A stretch of DNA of 64,000 nt from a bacterium (GCA_021108215.1 JAIORK010000036.1:22948-86947); one strand, 5' to 3'. Shown: positions 1 through 10,135, numbered from the stretch's first letter. The notes: generated by a model from the sequence alone, not told the origin. Translations and numbers: made by a program.

Positions 1-7
1 ATCACTG

Positions 8-2194
8 ATGAAGTATTCTTTTTGGATTGGACCCGTTTTATTCTGCCTCATGCTCATCACGACGCTGCCGCAAACTGTTAGGGCGGTTCCCCAGGACGGT
101 ATGCGACGTTTTGCGGTGGTGGTCGGGGCCAATGACGGCGGTGAATCCCGCGTTCGTCTGCGCTATGCTGTATCCGATGCCCGGACCGTGATGAAACTTT
201 TTCAAAAAATCGGCGGCGTGTTTCCGCTTGATTGCCGGTTTTTGGTTGAACCCAACCGGGAGACCTTGCTCGCTTCCCTTCAATCACTTCAACGCAAGGT
301 TCGCAAAATTCACGGCCGGACCGGAAAAACCGAGATGATTTTTTACTACTCCGGGCATTCGGATGAAGAGTCCGTACTGCTGGGCGGCGAGAAAGTCTAT
401 TATACTGAAATCAAACATGCCATCGAAGCGGTGAATGCTGATGTACGCATTGCCATTTTGGACTCCTGCTCTTCCGGGGCATTCACCCGGATCAAGGGCG
501 GCAAGACCCGTCCGCCATTTTTGCTGGATGATGCCAACGACATGAAGGGTTCCGCATTTTTAACCTCGAGTTCCTCGGACGAGGTTTCCCAGGAATCGGA
601 CCGGCTGCGCAGCTCATTTTTTACTCATTATCTGGTTTCCGGCATGCGTGGTGCCGCGGATATGAGCCAGGATGGCAAGGTCACACTCAACGAAGCTTAT
701 CAGTATGCCTATCACGAAACCCTGATGAATACCGAAAAAACCATGAGCGGTCCGCAGCATCCCAATTATAACATTCAGATGACCGGCACGGGTGACGTCA
801 TCATGACGGATATCCGTCAGAGTTCGGCGATCATGGTGTTTGACAAAAGTATCCAGGGTCGTATCTTTATACGCGACCACGAAGACCGGTTGGTCCTGGA
901 AATGCGCAAATCCGACGGCAAGTCCATGCAGATCGGTCTCGAAGAAGGCGATTACACAATCAGCTACGAAATAAACCGTGCCTTGTATGCGGCCTCGGTC
1001 CATTTGACCCTTGGTCAGGAATTACACGTCGCAAAGGCGCAGTTTGAAAAAGTGATGCGTGAATCAACCGTGGCACGGGGTAACCCGGCAAAAGCGAAAA
1101 CCGCTTATAAAGACCCGGTGCTCTTTCATGCCGGGGATGCTCAAGTAGTCCCCTGGGATTTTATGTTGATGGCTGAACCGAAAGTCTATAAAAATATTTT
1201 GCATCACAATGCGATCGGACTTTTGGGTGTTTCGAGCGGCAAGGTTGACGGTATTTCCCTGGCTGTGGGGCCGAATATTATTCTTGAAAATAGCCGCGGC
1301 GCTCAAATCTCGGCAATCGGCAATGATACCGGTTGGGATATGCAGGGTGCCCAAATTGGCGGCATTTATAATTTTTTAGGTAAAAGATTGCATGGGGTCC
1401 AGGCAGCCGGGATTTTCAACCAACTGGGCGGTGATCTTCATGGCGTCCAGACAGCCGGTATCTTTAGTATTTGCCGGGGCAATGTCCGGGGTTTTCAAAG
1501 TAGCGGCGTTTATAATATGATTGAGGGCCGTGCCAATGCCGGGCAATTTGCCGGGATTTTCAACCTGACCCACGGCCCCTGCCGGGGAATTCAAGCGGCC
1601 GGGATGGTAAATATTGCAACTACTGAGATGGAAGGCGCTCAACTGTCCGGCGGGATCAATATTGTTCATGGAAAATCCCGGGGCGTTCAAATCGGCATTG
1701 TAAATATTGCAGATGAGCAAAACGGAGTCCCTATCGGTTTGGTCAATCTTGCAAAAAACGGCGGTGTGGGACTGACCACCTGGTGGGATAATCAGAGTGG
1801 TTTTAATCTCGGCGCTAAATTCAGAGCAGGACATTTCTATTCAATCATTGCCGGTAATAAAAAATCTGCGATGGATGATTCGGAAAATGCTTGGGGTGGC
1901 GGTTTTTATTATGGAGTTCAGATTCCTATCACACAAAAATATTATGTAGCAGCGGATACAGGCTTTGTTTTTATAAATCATCGCCCAACTGATACCTTCA
2001 CTGATGATGACTTGCAGATGGCCCAACTCCGGGTAATGGCAGGTGCAACCTTTTACCGGCGCCTTTCAGTATTTGGCGGAGTGGGTAGTGCCTATATTTA
2101 TCGCGCAGAAATTGGCTGGGAAAAAGAAGTATCGGAAAGCATTAAAAAAGATATGCGCCCCCTCTATCTGGCCGGTGCTACACTGCACTTTTAG
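8..2194 (+). CDS. secreted caspase-family (peptidase C14) protein with C-terminal Gly-rich repeat domain
   Basis: Signal-peptide-like N-terminus (LITTLPQTVRA/VP). Caspase His/Cys dyad motifs YYSGHS (His codon 356-358) and LDSCSSG (Cys codon 467-469). About nine ~19-aa G-x-Q-x-[AGS]-G-[IV]-x-N repeats encoded at 1298-1764. Confidence 0.75.
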   Translation: MKYSFWIGPVLFCLMLITTLPQTVRAVPQDGMRRFAVVVGANDGGESRVRLRYAVSDARTVMKLFQKIGGVFPLDCRFLVEPNRETLLASLQSLQRKVRKIHGRTGKTEMIFYYSGHSDEESVLLGGEKVYYTEIKHAIEAVNADVRIAILDSCSSGAFTRIKGGKTRPPFLLDDANDMKGSAFLTSSSSDEVSQESDRLRSSFFTHYLVSGMRGAADMSQDGKVTLNEAYQYAYHETLMNTEKTMSGPQHPNYNIQMTGTGDVIMTDIRQSSAIMVFDKSIQGRIFIRDHEDRLVLEMRKSDGKSMQIGLEEGDYTISYEINRALYAASVHLTLGQELHVAKAQFEKVMRESTVARGNPAKAKTAYKDPVLFHAGDAQVVPWDFMLMAEPKVYKNILHHNAIGLLGVSSGKVDGISLAVGPNIILENSRGAQISAIGNDTGWDMQGAQIGGIYNFLGKRLHGVQAAGIFNQLGGDLHGVQTAGIFSICRGNVRGFQSSGVYNMIEGRANAGQFAGIFNLTHGPCRGIQAAGMVNIATTEMEGAQLSGGINIVHGKSRGVQIGIVNIADEQNGVPIGLVNLAKNGGVGLTTWWDNQSGFNLGAKFRAGHFYSIIAGNKKSAMDDSENAWGGGFYYGVQIPITQKYYVAADTGFVFINHRPTDTFTDDDLQMAQLRVMAGATFYRRLSVFGGVGSAYIYRAEIGWEKEVSESIKKDMRPLYLAGATLHF

Positions 2195-2235
2195 GAAAGT
2201 TATATCAGTGACGATGTGTGATTGTCATAGCATGG

Positions 2236-2778
2236 CTATTTCTTAAATAACATTGTTATACTAAATGCAATATTGGGAGGTGTCTCTGTTTTGAATCCCA
2301 ATGCCTGTGCCACCTGTATGGTTTTTTCAAAATCATGTGCGGAAACATGGATTTTGGGCTCTGTAATCAGCAGCCGTCCCCCTGGCTTCAAGTTGCCAAA
2401 AATTTGCTTAAGAAATTCCTGTATATCCGGCACTTCATGCGCCACCCAGAATACATTGGCAAAATCGACTGCTACAGTAATATCGAGACTGTCCTGTCGG
2501 CACTGATGCAATACAATCCGGTCCGCCACCCCAAATTTTTTCGCGCGCTTTTGGGTCATGGACAGCATGGCTGCCTGCATATCCACTGCATGCACATGTC
2601 CCCGGCCCTGTAGGAGCCTGGCCAGCCGCAGGGTGGTAAATCCACCCCCGCAGCCGATATCCAGGACTTCCATGCCCGGTTTGATATAAGGACTGTAAAT
2701 TTTCTCTATATTGTGGATCAGATTGCGCACCGGATTGTCAAAAGTCCAGACAAACCACCAGGGACACACATGCGGCAT
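2236..2778 (-). CDS. class I SAM-dependent methyltransferase
   Basis: SAM-binding motif I VLDIGCGGGF; N-terminal CPWW...FDNPVR motif; length typical of small methyltransferases. Confidence 0.8.
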   Translation of the reverse strand: MPHVCPWWFVWTFDNPVRNLIHNIEKIYSPYIKPGMEVLDIGCGGGFTTLRLARLLQGRGHVHAVDMQAAMLSMTQKRAKKFGVADRIVLHQCRQDSLDITVAVDFANVFWVAHEVPDIQEFLKQIFGNLKPGGRLLITEPKIHVSAHDFEKTIQVAQALGFKTETPPNIAFSITMLFKK

Positions 2779-2878
2779 AAGATTTTCCTTTCAAATCATT
2801 TTTCCGGCCGGGTGTCCAACACCATACCGAGCAACATGCATCGGCTTCCCAAAGCCGCGATATGTTGTTGCCTGCACC

Positions 2879-3139
2879 TCACGACTTTCTTTTACACGTC
2901 GACCCGCCGAACAACGTATACAAGGGACAAAACCCTATAAAACTTGTCATTACAAAGACAACCGCAAACACCATGAGCACAATTCCCAGTGTCCCCTTTA
3001 AAACACCGCCGATAAACAAGCCGGTAATGACCAAAGCAATCACAATACGCAAAATACGATCAAGACTTCCCATATTCAATTTCATACCACACCTCCCGGA
3101 CTGCCTTAATGCTTGGGTAATTTTACAATGCTCTGCCAA
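2879..3139 (-). CDS. small membrane protein, DUF2892/YgaP-like
   Basis: Two hydrophobic helices and a C-terminal CPLYTLFGGSTC motif typical of the YgaP-like transmembrane domain. Confidence 0.55.
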   Translation of the reverse strand: MAEHCKITQALRQSGRCGMKLNMGSLDRILRIVIALVITGLFIGGVLKGTLGIVLMVFAVVFVMTSFIGFCPLYTLFGGSTCKRKS

Positions 3140-3367
3140 GAGATTCCAGCAATAAATGCTTGTAACCCTTTATGACCGCTGTATCTGTATAATCCTTACA
3201 TGTGCCCTGATTTTTTTTTCAAAATTTAATTCCCCCTCGGCTCACGTCCATTATGTTCGCACCGGCATAACAACTCGATTTATTGCGGATGATGTTTGAT
3301 TTTTAATCTTGTCTCATCCGGGTAAAAAATGCGACAATAAAATATTCGATTTTATTGGAGTGTTTCC

Positions 3368-4213
3368 ATGTTAAAACGTTTTTTTCTTATTTCATTGATA
3401 GCTTTATTTTTGCTGCCGGCGCTTGTCCAGGCCAAAAACCTGGTCCGGATTGGTGAAAACGCGATTGTTACAGTCGAACTGGAGTTACAAGATGTGGTTG
3501 TCATCAATGGCGATGCCGAAATTTCCGGCCGCGTACTGGGCAACGTGATTGTCATTGGCGGCGACATTGTGCTCAATCCCTCAGCGTATGTCAGCGGCGA
3601 TGTGGTCTGTCTGGGCGGCATCCTCAAGAGCAGCACCGCAGCGATCATCAAAGGCTCCAAAGTGGAAATCGGCGGGAAAATCAGCTGGAAATCACTCCCT
3701 TATTTTTCTATCGCAAAGCTTATGTTCCTTAGCTTCTTATATAAAATCTCTACCGCCGTTATCCTGGTACTGCTGTGTGTATTTTTTGTACTGATGTGGC
3801 CCAATCAAATCCGCTATGCCGCGCAAGAGGCTTCCCACGATCTGGTCAAATCCATTCTGGTGGGGATTTTTGCAGTCGCGTTGCTGGTTCCCCTGGGGAT
3901 CGGATTTGCCATTACCTTATTCGGACTCCCCATCGCCTTTGCCATTTTGGTTTTTCTCCTGATTGCCAGCTGGTTTGGCATTGCCAGTATGGCCTATCTG
4001 GTCGGCACAAAAATCTCCAACCGTTTCTCGCCTTTGGTCGCGGTTATTTTTGGCCTGCTCATTCTTAAATTTGTTCATTTCGTCCCCTTCATCGGCTTCA
4101 TCCTTTACTTCATTGCCATTTTGCCCGGTCTGGGCGCGATTCTCCTGACGCGGTTCGGCACCAACCGGCCCTGGATGGGATCCAAAAACGAAAAATCCTC
4201 TAAAAAAAAATAG
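3368..4213 (+). CDS. membrane protein with N-terminal bactofilin-like beta-helical repeat region
   Basis: Signal/anchor sequence, then G-D-[IV]-x repeats (INGDAEISGRVLGNVIVIGGDIVLNPSAYVSGDVVCLGG), then 4-5 hydrophobic helices and a Lys-rich tail. Confidence 0.55.
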   Translation: MLKRFFLISLIALFLLPALVQAKNLVRIGENAIVTVELELQDVVVINGDAEISGRVLGNVIVIGGDIVLNPSAYVSGDVVCLGGILKSSTAAIIKGSKVEIGGKISWKSLPYFSIAKLMFLSFLYKISTAVILVLLCVFFVLMWPNQIRYAAQEASHDLVKSILVGIFAVALLVPLGIGFAITLFGLPIAFAILVFLLIASWFGIASMAYLVGTKISNRFSPLVAVIFGLLILKFVHFVPFIGFILYFIAILPGLGAILLTRFGTNRPWMGSKNEKSSKKK

Positions 4214-4379
4214 GTCCATCACGGCTGTCATTTGCATATCAAAATCCCGGCATGGTTCCTAGACTGTCCCTTGCACAAATTTATTTTAATAACCGGCATT
4301 TCAAGTAACAAATTCTCCACCTCCCGGTGTTTCACCAATAGAAGCAACAATCACCATTTTAAATATAGGAGGCACTATC

Positions 4380-5162
4380 ATGAGAAAAAAACTATCTATT
4401 CTGGCATGGGTCATTCCCCTATTCCTGGCTATGCAGATTCAGGCTGAGACCATGCCAACCGCAGTGGGCACACCAAGTCCTGCAGCAGAACAATCCGTCA
4501 TTCCTGAAACAACACCCACACCTGAGCCCCAACCGGTTGTTTCCAAGCCGGCAATGCTGACTGAGAAAGAAACCGCCATGATTGAAAATCCAGAATCATC
4601 CTACAAAATCAACAGCCTGTTTGAAGGCCGCATCACCTCAAACGGCGGATACGGTACTGCGGGTTATAAACCCACCCGTATCGACGGAGAGACCGGACAC
4701 ATGATCGGCGGCCGGGGTGGCTGGATCATTAACCATTCACTCATGATCGGCGGTGCGGGCTATAACCTGGCCGATTCCCAGATCCAGCGTGAGTTTGACG
4801 GTGAGATGAAGAAGCTCCATTTTGGTTACGGCGGTATTGAGTTGGGGTACACTTTTTTCTCGGATCAGTTGATCCATCTTGTGGTGCACACTTTGTTTGC
4901 CGGTGGCGGTATCGGCACCCTGGACAAAGTTTATGCTGATGAAGACGAAGACGGTAATAAAAAACATACTTGGGAAGGTCCGGTAGATACGGTCTTTGTG
5001 GTCGAACCCATGATCTATGCCGAGCTAAATGTAACCGAATGGTTCCGGGTCTGCCTGGGCGGCGGTTACCGGCATGTAGAAGGCTGTGAGCTCAAGGGCG
5101 TGAGCAATCAAGACCTGAGCGGTGCTTCCGCCGAACTACTCTTCAAATTCGGATATTTTTAA
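4380..5162 (+). CDS. secreted protein, probable outer-membrane beta-barrel
   Basis: Signal peptide (FLAMQIQA/ET), Pro/Thr-rich linker, alternating Gly/aromatic strands, C-terminal Phe (KFGYF). GGAGG lies upstream of the ATG. Confidence 0.5.
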   Translation: MRKKLSILAWVIPLFLAMQIQAETMPTAVGTPSPAAEQSVIPETTPTPEPQPVVSKPAMLTEKETAMIENPESSYKINSLFEGRITSNGGYGTAGYKPTRIDGETGHMIGGRGGWIINHSLMIGGAGYNLADSQIQREFDGEMKKLHFGYGGIELGYTFFSDQLIHLVVHTLFAGGGIGTLDKVYADEDEDGNKKHTWEGPVDTVFVVEPMIYAELNVTEWFRVCLGGGYRHVEGCELKGVSNQDLSGASAELLFKFGYF

Positions 5163-5182
5163 TCGTAAAAATCCACAGGCTT

Positions 5183-5203
5183 ACCCGGCATTCGCCGGGC
5201 AAG
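5183..5203 (+). repeat. REP-like hairpin element, ACCCGGCATTCGCCGGGCAAG family (copy 1)
   Basis: CCCGGC-ATTC-GCCGGG hairpin. The same 14-21 nt recur at 44128-44156 and, inverted, at 7822-7840. Confidence 0.6.
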
Positions 5204-5770
5204 CTGCCCATTGTATTCGCGCCGGCACGATAAAAAAACAACAACAAGGCCAGGCAGGACATATCCCCGGCTTGGCCTTGTTATATTTCCAGTAAATAGG
5301 CCACCCGCAAGCCGGCACGATAAACATCCGCCCAATGGGATTGCTGTTTGGCTTCAGGTTAATGAAAATCCTGCCAACGGATATTCCGGTGTTTCACATA
5401 ATCATCCCAGACGATCCGCTTGTGCTGAAGTCCGGCTGCCTGAAAAAACATTTCCAATGCAGGTATGGTGAGCAGCGTAAGCATACTTAAGGATTTCCCT
5501 TTGGAATCTTTCGCGCTTTCCTGCAGACAATAATCCCGTTTCTGCGTTTGGGAGCATTATAGCACCAACCCAAACTTTTCTCTGCGTCTGTAAAATGATT
5601 TTTTCATCAGTCTTTCGCCGGCATTCTTTTTTCCGTCCCCGCGTTACCTGTATTCGGCATTTCTATAAAAATGCATTAATGGGTTGATTTTTCTTTGAAA
5701 TATGGTAAAACGTCTATTCTCACGATCTTATTTATCCAAGACACATTCTCAATAGCTGGAGGGCACAAAC

Positions 5771-7702
5771 ATGACAGAACCAACTGTAGAAAAACTTGAA
5801 TTCAAAACTGAGGTCAGCCAACTGCTTGATCTTGTGGTCCATTCCCTTTACTCGCACAAGGATATTTTTCTGCGCGAGCTCATTTCCAATGCCTCGGATG
5901 CGATTGACAAACTCCGTTATCAGGCTGTAACCCAGAGTGATCTTACGGGTGATGATGCTGACTGGAAAATAAAAATCAGCCTGGACAAAGAAAACAACAC
6001 ACTCACCCTTTCCGACAACGGCATCGGCATGAATCATGATGATCTGGTCAATAATCTCGGTACCATTGCCAAATCCGGCACCAAAGAGTTTTTGGCCACC
6101 TTACAGCAAAGCAAGGATAATGTTAATCTCATCGGTCAATTCGGCGTAGGCTTTTATGCCTCCTTCATGGTCGCTGACAAGGTCGAGGTGGTTTCCAAGC
6201 CACCCCAGGACCCGGCGCACCGCTGGGTCTCGGACGGCAAACAGGGCTTTGAGATCACGCCGGATGACAAATCCAAGCGCGGCACGGATATTATCCTTCA
6301 TCTCAATGAAGAAAACCGGACCTATCTGGAAGAATATGAAATCCGCTCTCTGGTTAAAAAATACTCTGATTTTGTCGAGTTCCCGATTTTAATGGATGTG
6401 GAACGTGAGGAAACCCCGCAAGATGCCGAGGGCAAACCGATCGAGAATGCCAAACCAGAGAAAAAAATCATCACCGAGACGCTCAACTCTATGAAAGCAA
6501 TCTGGGCCAAACAAAAAAAAGATGTCACCCCGGAAGAATATCATGAATTTTACCGGCATGTTTCCCATGATTTCACCGATCCTCTAGAAACCATTCATTA
6601 TCACGCTGAGGGAACCATTGAATTCAAAGCCCTCATTTATATTCCCAGTCAGGCACCTTTTGATCTTTTTATGCGCGATTCCCAAAAGGGCATCCAATTA
6701 TATATCAACCGGATTTTTATCATGAGTGATGCCAAAAAACTTATTCCAGCATACCTGCGCTTTCTCAGAGGGGTTGTGGATACCAGTGATCTGCCGCTGA
6801 ATGTCTCGCGCGAAATGATTCAGCAGGATGCCCAGTTGGAAAAAATCAGTAAAAATATTGTCAAGAAAACCCTGGCTACACTCAAAACCATGAAGGATAA
6901 GGATTTTGATAAATATCTGAAATTTTACAAAACCTTCGGCACGGCATTAAAAGAAGGCTTGCACTATGATCATGATAACCGGGAAGCCATTGCCGAACTG
7001 CTGCTTTTTGAGAGCACCAAAACCGAGCCGGGTCAGCTGCGTTCCCTTGATCAGTATTGTTCGGATATGCCGTCTGAACAAACCGCCATCTATTATCATA
7101 CTGCCGAGGACCGGGCATTGGCACTCGCTTCGCCCTATCTGGAAACTTTCCAATCCAAAAATTGGGAAGTCCTGCTCATGTTGGAAGCCATTGATGAAAT
7201 TGTTCTGCCTGATCTTTTTGAATACAAGAAAAAACCGGTCAAACCGATCAATCGCGGGGATGTTGATTTAAGCAGCGAAGAAAAAGAAAAAGCCGAGGCA
7301 GCTCAAAAAAAAGCCAATGAAACCTATAAAGATCTACTCGCTTATATACAGAAAAAACTTGAAAATAATATCAAAGAAGTCCGTTTTTCAAAATTACTCA
7401 AAGACAGCCCGGCCTGCCTGGCATTGGATGATGCCGGCATGACCCGCCAAATGCAGGAACTCTTTAAAGCCATGGGCAAAGAGTCGCCTGAACAAAAAAA
7501 CATTCTGGAACTCAATCCCAATCATAAGGTTGTAGAAACCATGAACACGCTTTTCCAGGAAAACCAAGCCTCAGAAAAATTATCCGACTATGTCTCTTTG
7601 ATCTACGATCAGTCGCTGCTTACCGCCGGGTTCAAGGTCAAAGATCCCCTGGCATTTTCAAAAAGGCTGACACAATTGATGGTGGGACCAACCGCTTCCT
7701 AA
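5771..7702 (+). CDS. htpG: molecular chaperone HtpG (Hsp90)
   Basis: Hallmark N-terminal ATPase motif LLDLVVHSLYSHKDIFLRELISNASDAIDKLRY, full-length 643 aa, GGAGGG RBS. Confidence 0.95.
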   Translation: MTEPTVEKLEFKTEVSQLLDLVVHSLYSHKDIFLRELISNASDAIDKLRYQAVTQSDLTGDDADWKIKISLDKENNTLTLSDNGIGMNHDDLVNNLGTIAKSGTKEFLATLQQSKDNVNLIGQFGVGFYASFMVADKVEVVSKPPQDPAHRWVSDGKQGFEITPDDKSKRGTDIILHLNEENRTYLEEYEIRSLVKKYSDFVEFPILMDVEREETPQDAEGKPIENAKPEKKIITETLNSMKAIWAKQKKDVTPEEYHEFYRHVSHDFTDPLETIHYHAEGTIEFKALIYIPSQAPFDLFMRDSQKGIQLYINRIFIMSDAKKLIPAYLRFLRGVVDTSDLPLNVSREMIQQDAQLEKISKNIVKKTLATLKTMKDKDFDKYLKFYKTFGTALKEGLHYDHDNREAIAELLLFESTKTEPGQLRSLDQYCSDMPSEQTAIYYHTAEDRALALASPYLETFQSKNWEVLLMLEAIDEIVLPDLFEYKKKPVKPINRGDVDLSSEEKEKAEAAQKKANETYKDLLAYIQKKLENNIKEVRFSKLLKDSPACLALDDAGMTRQMQELFKAMGKESPEQKNILELNPNHKVVETMNTLFQENQASEKLSDYVSLIYDQSLLTAGFKVKDPLAFSKRLTQLMVGPTAS

Positions 7703-7705
7703 AAA

Positions 7706-7738
7706 ATCGCTTGGGCGGGATTTCCCCGCCCAAGCGAT
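7706..7738. terminator. bidirectional hairpin terminator between htpG and the SDR gene
   Basis: Perfect 14-bp stem ATCGCTTGGGCGGG / CCCGCCCAAGCGAT with a 5-nt loop. An A-run on the plus side equals a T-run for the minus-strand SDR transcript. Confidence 0.6.
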
Positions 7739-7780
7739 CACCTTGCCAAAACATCCTGTTCAACATGTAAAGAAATCCCC

Positions 7781-7840
7781 GCACTCTTGCCCGGCGGACT
7801 TGCCCAGCTTGCCCTGCGTATGCGGGGGCGAATGCCGGGT
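7781..7840 (-). repeat. REP-like element, ACCCGGCATTCGCC / GGCAAGTCCGCCGG family (copy 2, inverted)
   Basis: The reverse complement contains ACCCGGCATTCGCC, ACGCAGGGCAAG and GGCAAGTCCGCCGGGCAAG modules shared with 44128-44172. Confidence 0.55.
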
Positions 7841-7864
7841 GCCGGGTCAAAACAAATGACCCTA

Positions 7865-8563
7865 CTAAAATTTCTGTTCCTCAGCCCCGTACCAGGTTTT
7901 GCCGGTCTCGCCAAACGGTTTAGCCAGTAATTCCAGAATCCGAACAGCGCCGTCAACCGGCTCGCCGGGCGCATTGGAACCACCCATATCAGTTTTAAGC
8001 CATCCCGGGTCCAGACTGTTGACCGCCACTTTACCCTGGAGTGCAGTGGCCCACATCATGGTCAATCCGTTCAAAGCGTATTTACTCAAACGATAGCTAA
8101 TCATATCTTTTTCCGTCTGCACCGCTTTTTTGGTTCCGGCACCGGACGAAACATTAATAATCCGGGGTTCCTGACCTTTTTCCAGCCAAGGCAGCAATGT
8201 CCTTATCATCTGCTGAGGACTGTACAAGTTGGTCCACATGGTTTTCTCCATGATTTCCAGGGTATCTTCCTTCGGATGAAGCGTATAGGTCATCACACCG
8301 GCATTATTAATCAGCACATCCAGGCTTCCCCAGTTTTCTTCGACCCAGCTTGCCGCTGCCTGGGCAGCATCAGGATTGCACACGTCGAGGACCAATCCCT
8401 GAAAATCCCCTTTCTCTTCGAGCAAAGCAGCGGTGACTGCCATGCGCTCCTTATCGCGCGAGATCCCCAAAAGGCGGACACCCTTTTCCAATAATAACTT
8501 CGCCGTCTCCCGCCCGATACCACGCGAAACACCGGTTAAAATAATTTTTTTATTTTTGAGCAT
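7865..8563 (-). CDS. SDR-family oxidoreductase
   Basis: TGVSRGIGRE cofactor motif, NNAG, catalytic YRLSK. Confidence 0.85.
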   Translation of the reverse strand: MLKNKKIILTGVSRGIGRETAKLLLEKGVRLLGISRDKERMAVTAALLEEKGDFQGLVLDVCNPDAAQAAASWVEENWGSLDVLINNAGVMTYTLHPKEDTLEIMEKTMWTNLYSPQQMIRTLLPWLEKGQEPRIINVSSGAGTKKAVQTEKDMISYRLSKYALNGLTMMWATALQGKVAVNSLDPGWLKTDMGGSNAPGEPVDGAVRILELLAKPFGETGKTWYGAEEQKF

Positions 8564-8606
8564 AATACCGCCTCACAAAAAAAACATATACTATTTTAAT
8601 GATTAT

Positions 8607-9167
8607 TCAACTCCAAACGATGTTCCATCTCCATTCCTGAGGATTGCCCTCATCAAGACTAACCCGAATATTTTTCAGCCCTAAAATATCTCCCATGCCA
8701 AAAAGATAACCAGTCATATACACGCGCATGTTGGCGTCATAGCCCGGAAAATCACGCAGAACAAAGACCGCCGTGTTTTTTCCCTCACTCTCGATTGAAG
8801 CCTCACCTTCCCGATAAAAACTATGCCATAATTGCGCCACCCGCTTGAAAATAAATTGCGGCGTAGGAATCCGAATAAAAATTTGATAAAACCGGGGCAA
8901 CCCTTCCTTGGCCATTATTTTTCCTGTCTCCCAGAGTGCTTTTTGCAGGTTCCCGGGAAAAAGGACTTTACAGCCTTCATATAAAAATGTTCCCTCATAT
9001 GCCAGTTCCGTCTCAATCCAGGAAATCGCCAGTGTCGTGGATTCCCATATTTTCAATGCTTCCGGCGAAAGATTTTTTTCGAGCTGTTTTATTGCCTCCG
9101 GCCCTTTGTCTTCAATCAATTTTTTAAGTATAATTAATCCGGTTCCTTTAATTTTTGTCATCGTCAT
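8607..9167 (-). CDS. hypothetical protein (possibly DUF2378/TIGR02265-like)
   Basis: Clean 186-aa ORF. The family resemblance is from memory only and no diagnostic motif was verified. Confidence 0.4.
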   Translation of the reverse strand: MTMTKIKGTGLIILKKLIEDKGPEAIKQLEKNLSPEALKIWESTTLAISWIETELAYEGTFLYEGCKVLFPGNLQKALWETGKIMAKEGLPRFYQIFIRIPTPQFIFKRVAQLWHSFYREGEASIESEGKNTAVFVLRDFPGYDANMRVYMTGYLFGMGDILGLKNIRVSLDEGNPQEWRWNIVWS

Positions 9168-9306
9168 CTCCTGAGTGTGGGGGCCTGCCGCTTCATTTCA
9201 ACCGGTACTGAAGCAGACATTAGAACTATTCCCTGATAAATTCTGTATAATTTAAGTTTATGAGGGATAAAAGTGCTTTGTCAAGCGCCATATCCCCTCC
9301 CCGGCT

Positions 9307-9513
9307 TCAGACCTTTTGAGTCCGGTTATTTCTCATGATACCGGCGATGGAAAAAATGACTAAAACAATTGCAAGTACTGTCCCCGGGGTGATCACCTCC
9401 CCCAGAATAATCCATCCTAAAAAAACTGCGATGACTGGATTAACATAGGTATTGGTGGTAACCAGCTTGTATTTAAAAATGCCCGACCAATATCTTGATA
9501 CCAATACCTGCAA
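9307..9513 (-). pseudogene. C-terminal remnant of an EamA/DMT-family transporter
   Basis: Encodes only the last EamA helices (NPVIAVFLGWIILGEVITPGTVLAIVLVIFSIAGIM). The upstream part is overrun by the 3' end of mntP (overlap 9473-9513). Confidence 0.5.
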
Positions 9514-10030
9514 GAATCAACCCTCCCAATATTTCCATGCGTTTCCCCAAAGCCAAACCAAACCGGCAACCAATTTCCAATCCCACCACAGTCATCCCTG
9601 CCGCAACCAAACCAATCAATCCGGCCGGCCAAAAAATGGGTGTCTCAAGTACTGAAAACCCAATTCCAACAACCAAAGCATCAATGCTGGTTGCAATAGC
9701 CAAAGTTAATAAAATCCAACCCTTGGTTGGATCGCCAGATTTCCGCTTTCTATCCGCACCTTGCATACTATCCCAAATCATATGCAACCCCACCAGCAAC
9801 AGCAATATACAAGCAATCCAATGAGATATATCCCTGAAATATCCTACAAATACAGACGCAGCCTTCCAACCGATCACCGACATAGTAAACTGAAAAAATC
9901 CGAACGCCCCTGCCATTCTCATGGTTTGTGTTAAGTTCGGCCGGCATAATTTCACACCCGTGGCGATAGCTACTGCAAAGGCATCCATGCCTAAACCCAC
10001 AGCTACACCTAAAAGCATCCAAAATGACAT
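9473..10030 (-). CDS. mntP: manganese efflux pump MntP
   Basis: DUF204 duplicated motif (GLGMDAFAVAIATG ... ATSIDALVVGIGFS), six hydrophobic helices, 185 aa. Confidence 0.85.
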   Translation of the reverse strand: MSFWMLLGVAVGLGMDAFAVAIATGVKLCRPNLTQTMRMAGAFGFFQFTMSVIGWKAASVFVGYFRDISHWIACILLLLVGLHMIWDSMQGADRKRKSGDPTKGWILLTLAIATSIDALVVGIGFSVLETPIFWPAGLIGLVAAGMTVVGLEIGCRFGLALGKRMEILGGLILAGIGIKILVGHF

Positions 10031-10068
10031 ATGATATCCCTCTTTGATGAAAATCCGTGTAACATTTC

Positions 10069-10099
10069 AAAAAAAAACGGCCCCCTTTAAGGGGGCCGT
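10069..10099 (-). terminator. rho-independent terminator downstream of csp
   Basis: ACGGCCCCC-TTTAA-GGGGGCCGT hairpin followed on the minus strand by a run of 8-9 T. Confidence 0.75.
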
Positions 10100-10135
10100 T
10101 TCAATCATTGGCAAAATTGAATATACTTGTTAAAG

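Noticed and set aside
5211-5471. An 86-aa plus-strand ORF in the 600-bp region upstream of htpG.
   Set aside because: It starts within the REP-rich intergenic tract next to the 5183-5203 hairpin, has no RBS and is Arg/Pro-rich low complexity. It is most likely spurious.
5359-5484. A 41-aa minus-strand ORF (MLTLLTIPALEMFFQAAGLQHKRIVWDDYVKHRNIRWQDFH), possibly a GST/thioredoxin-fold N-terminal relic.
   Set aside because: It is too short, has only a weak RBS, and the family resemblance is vague. It cannot be supported without a similarity search.
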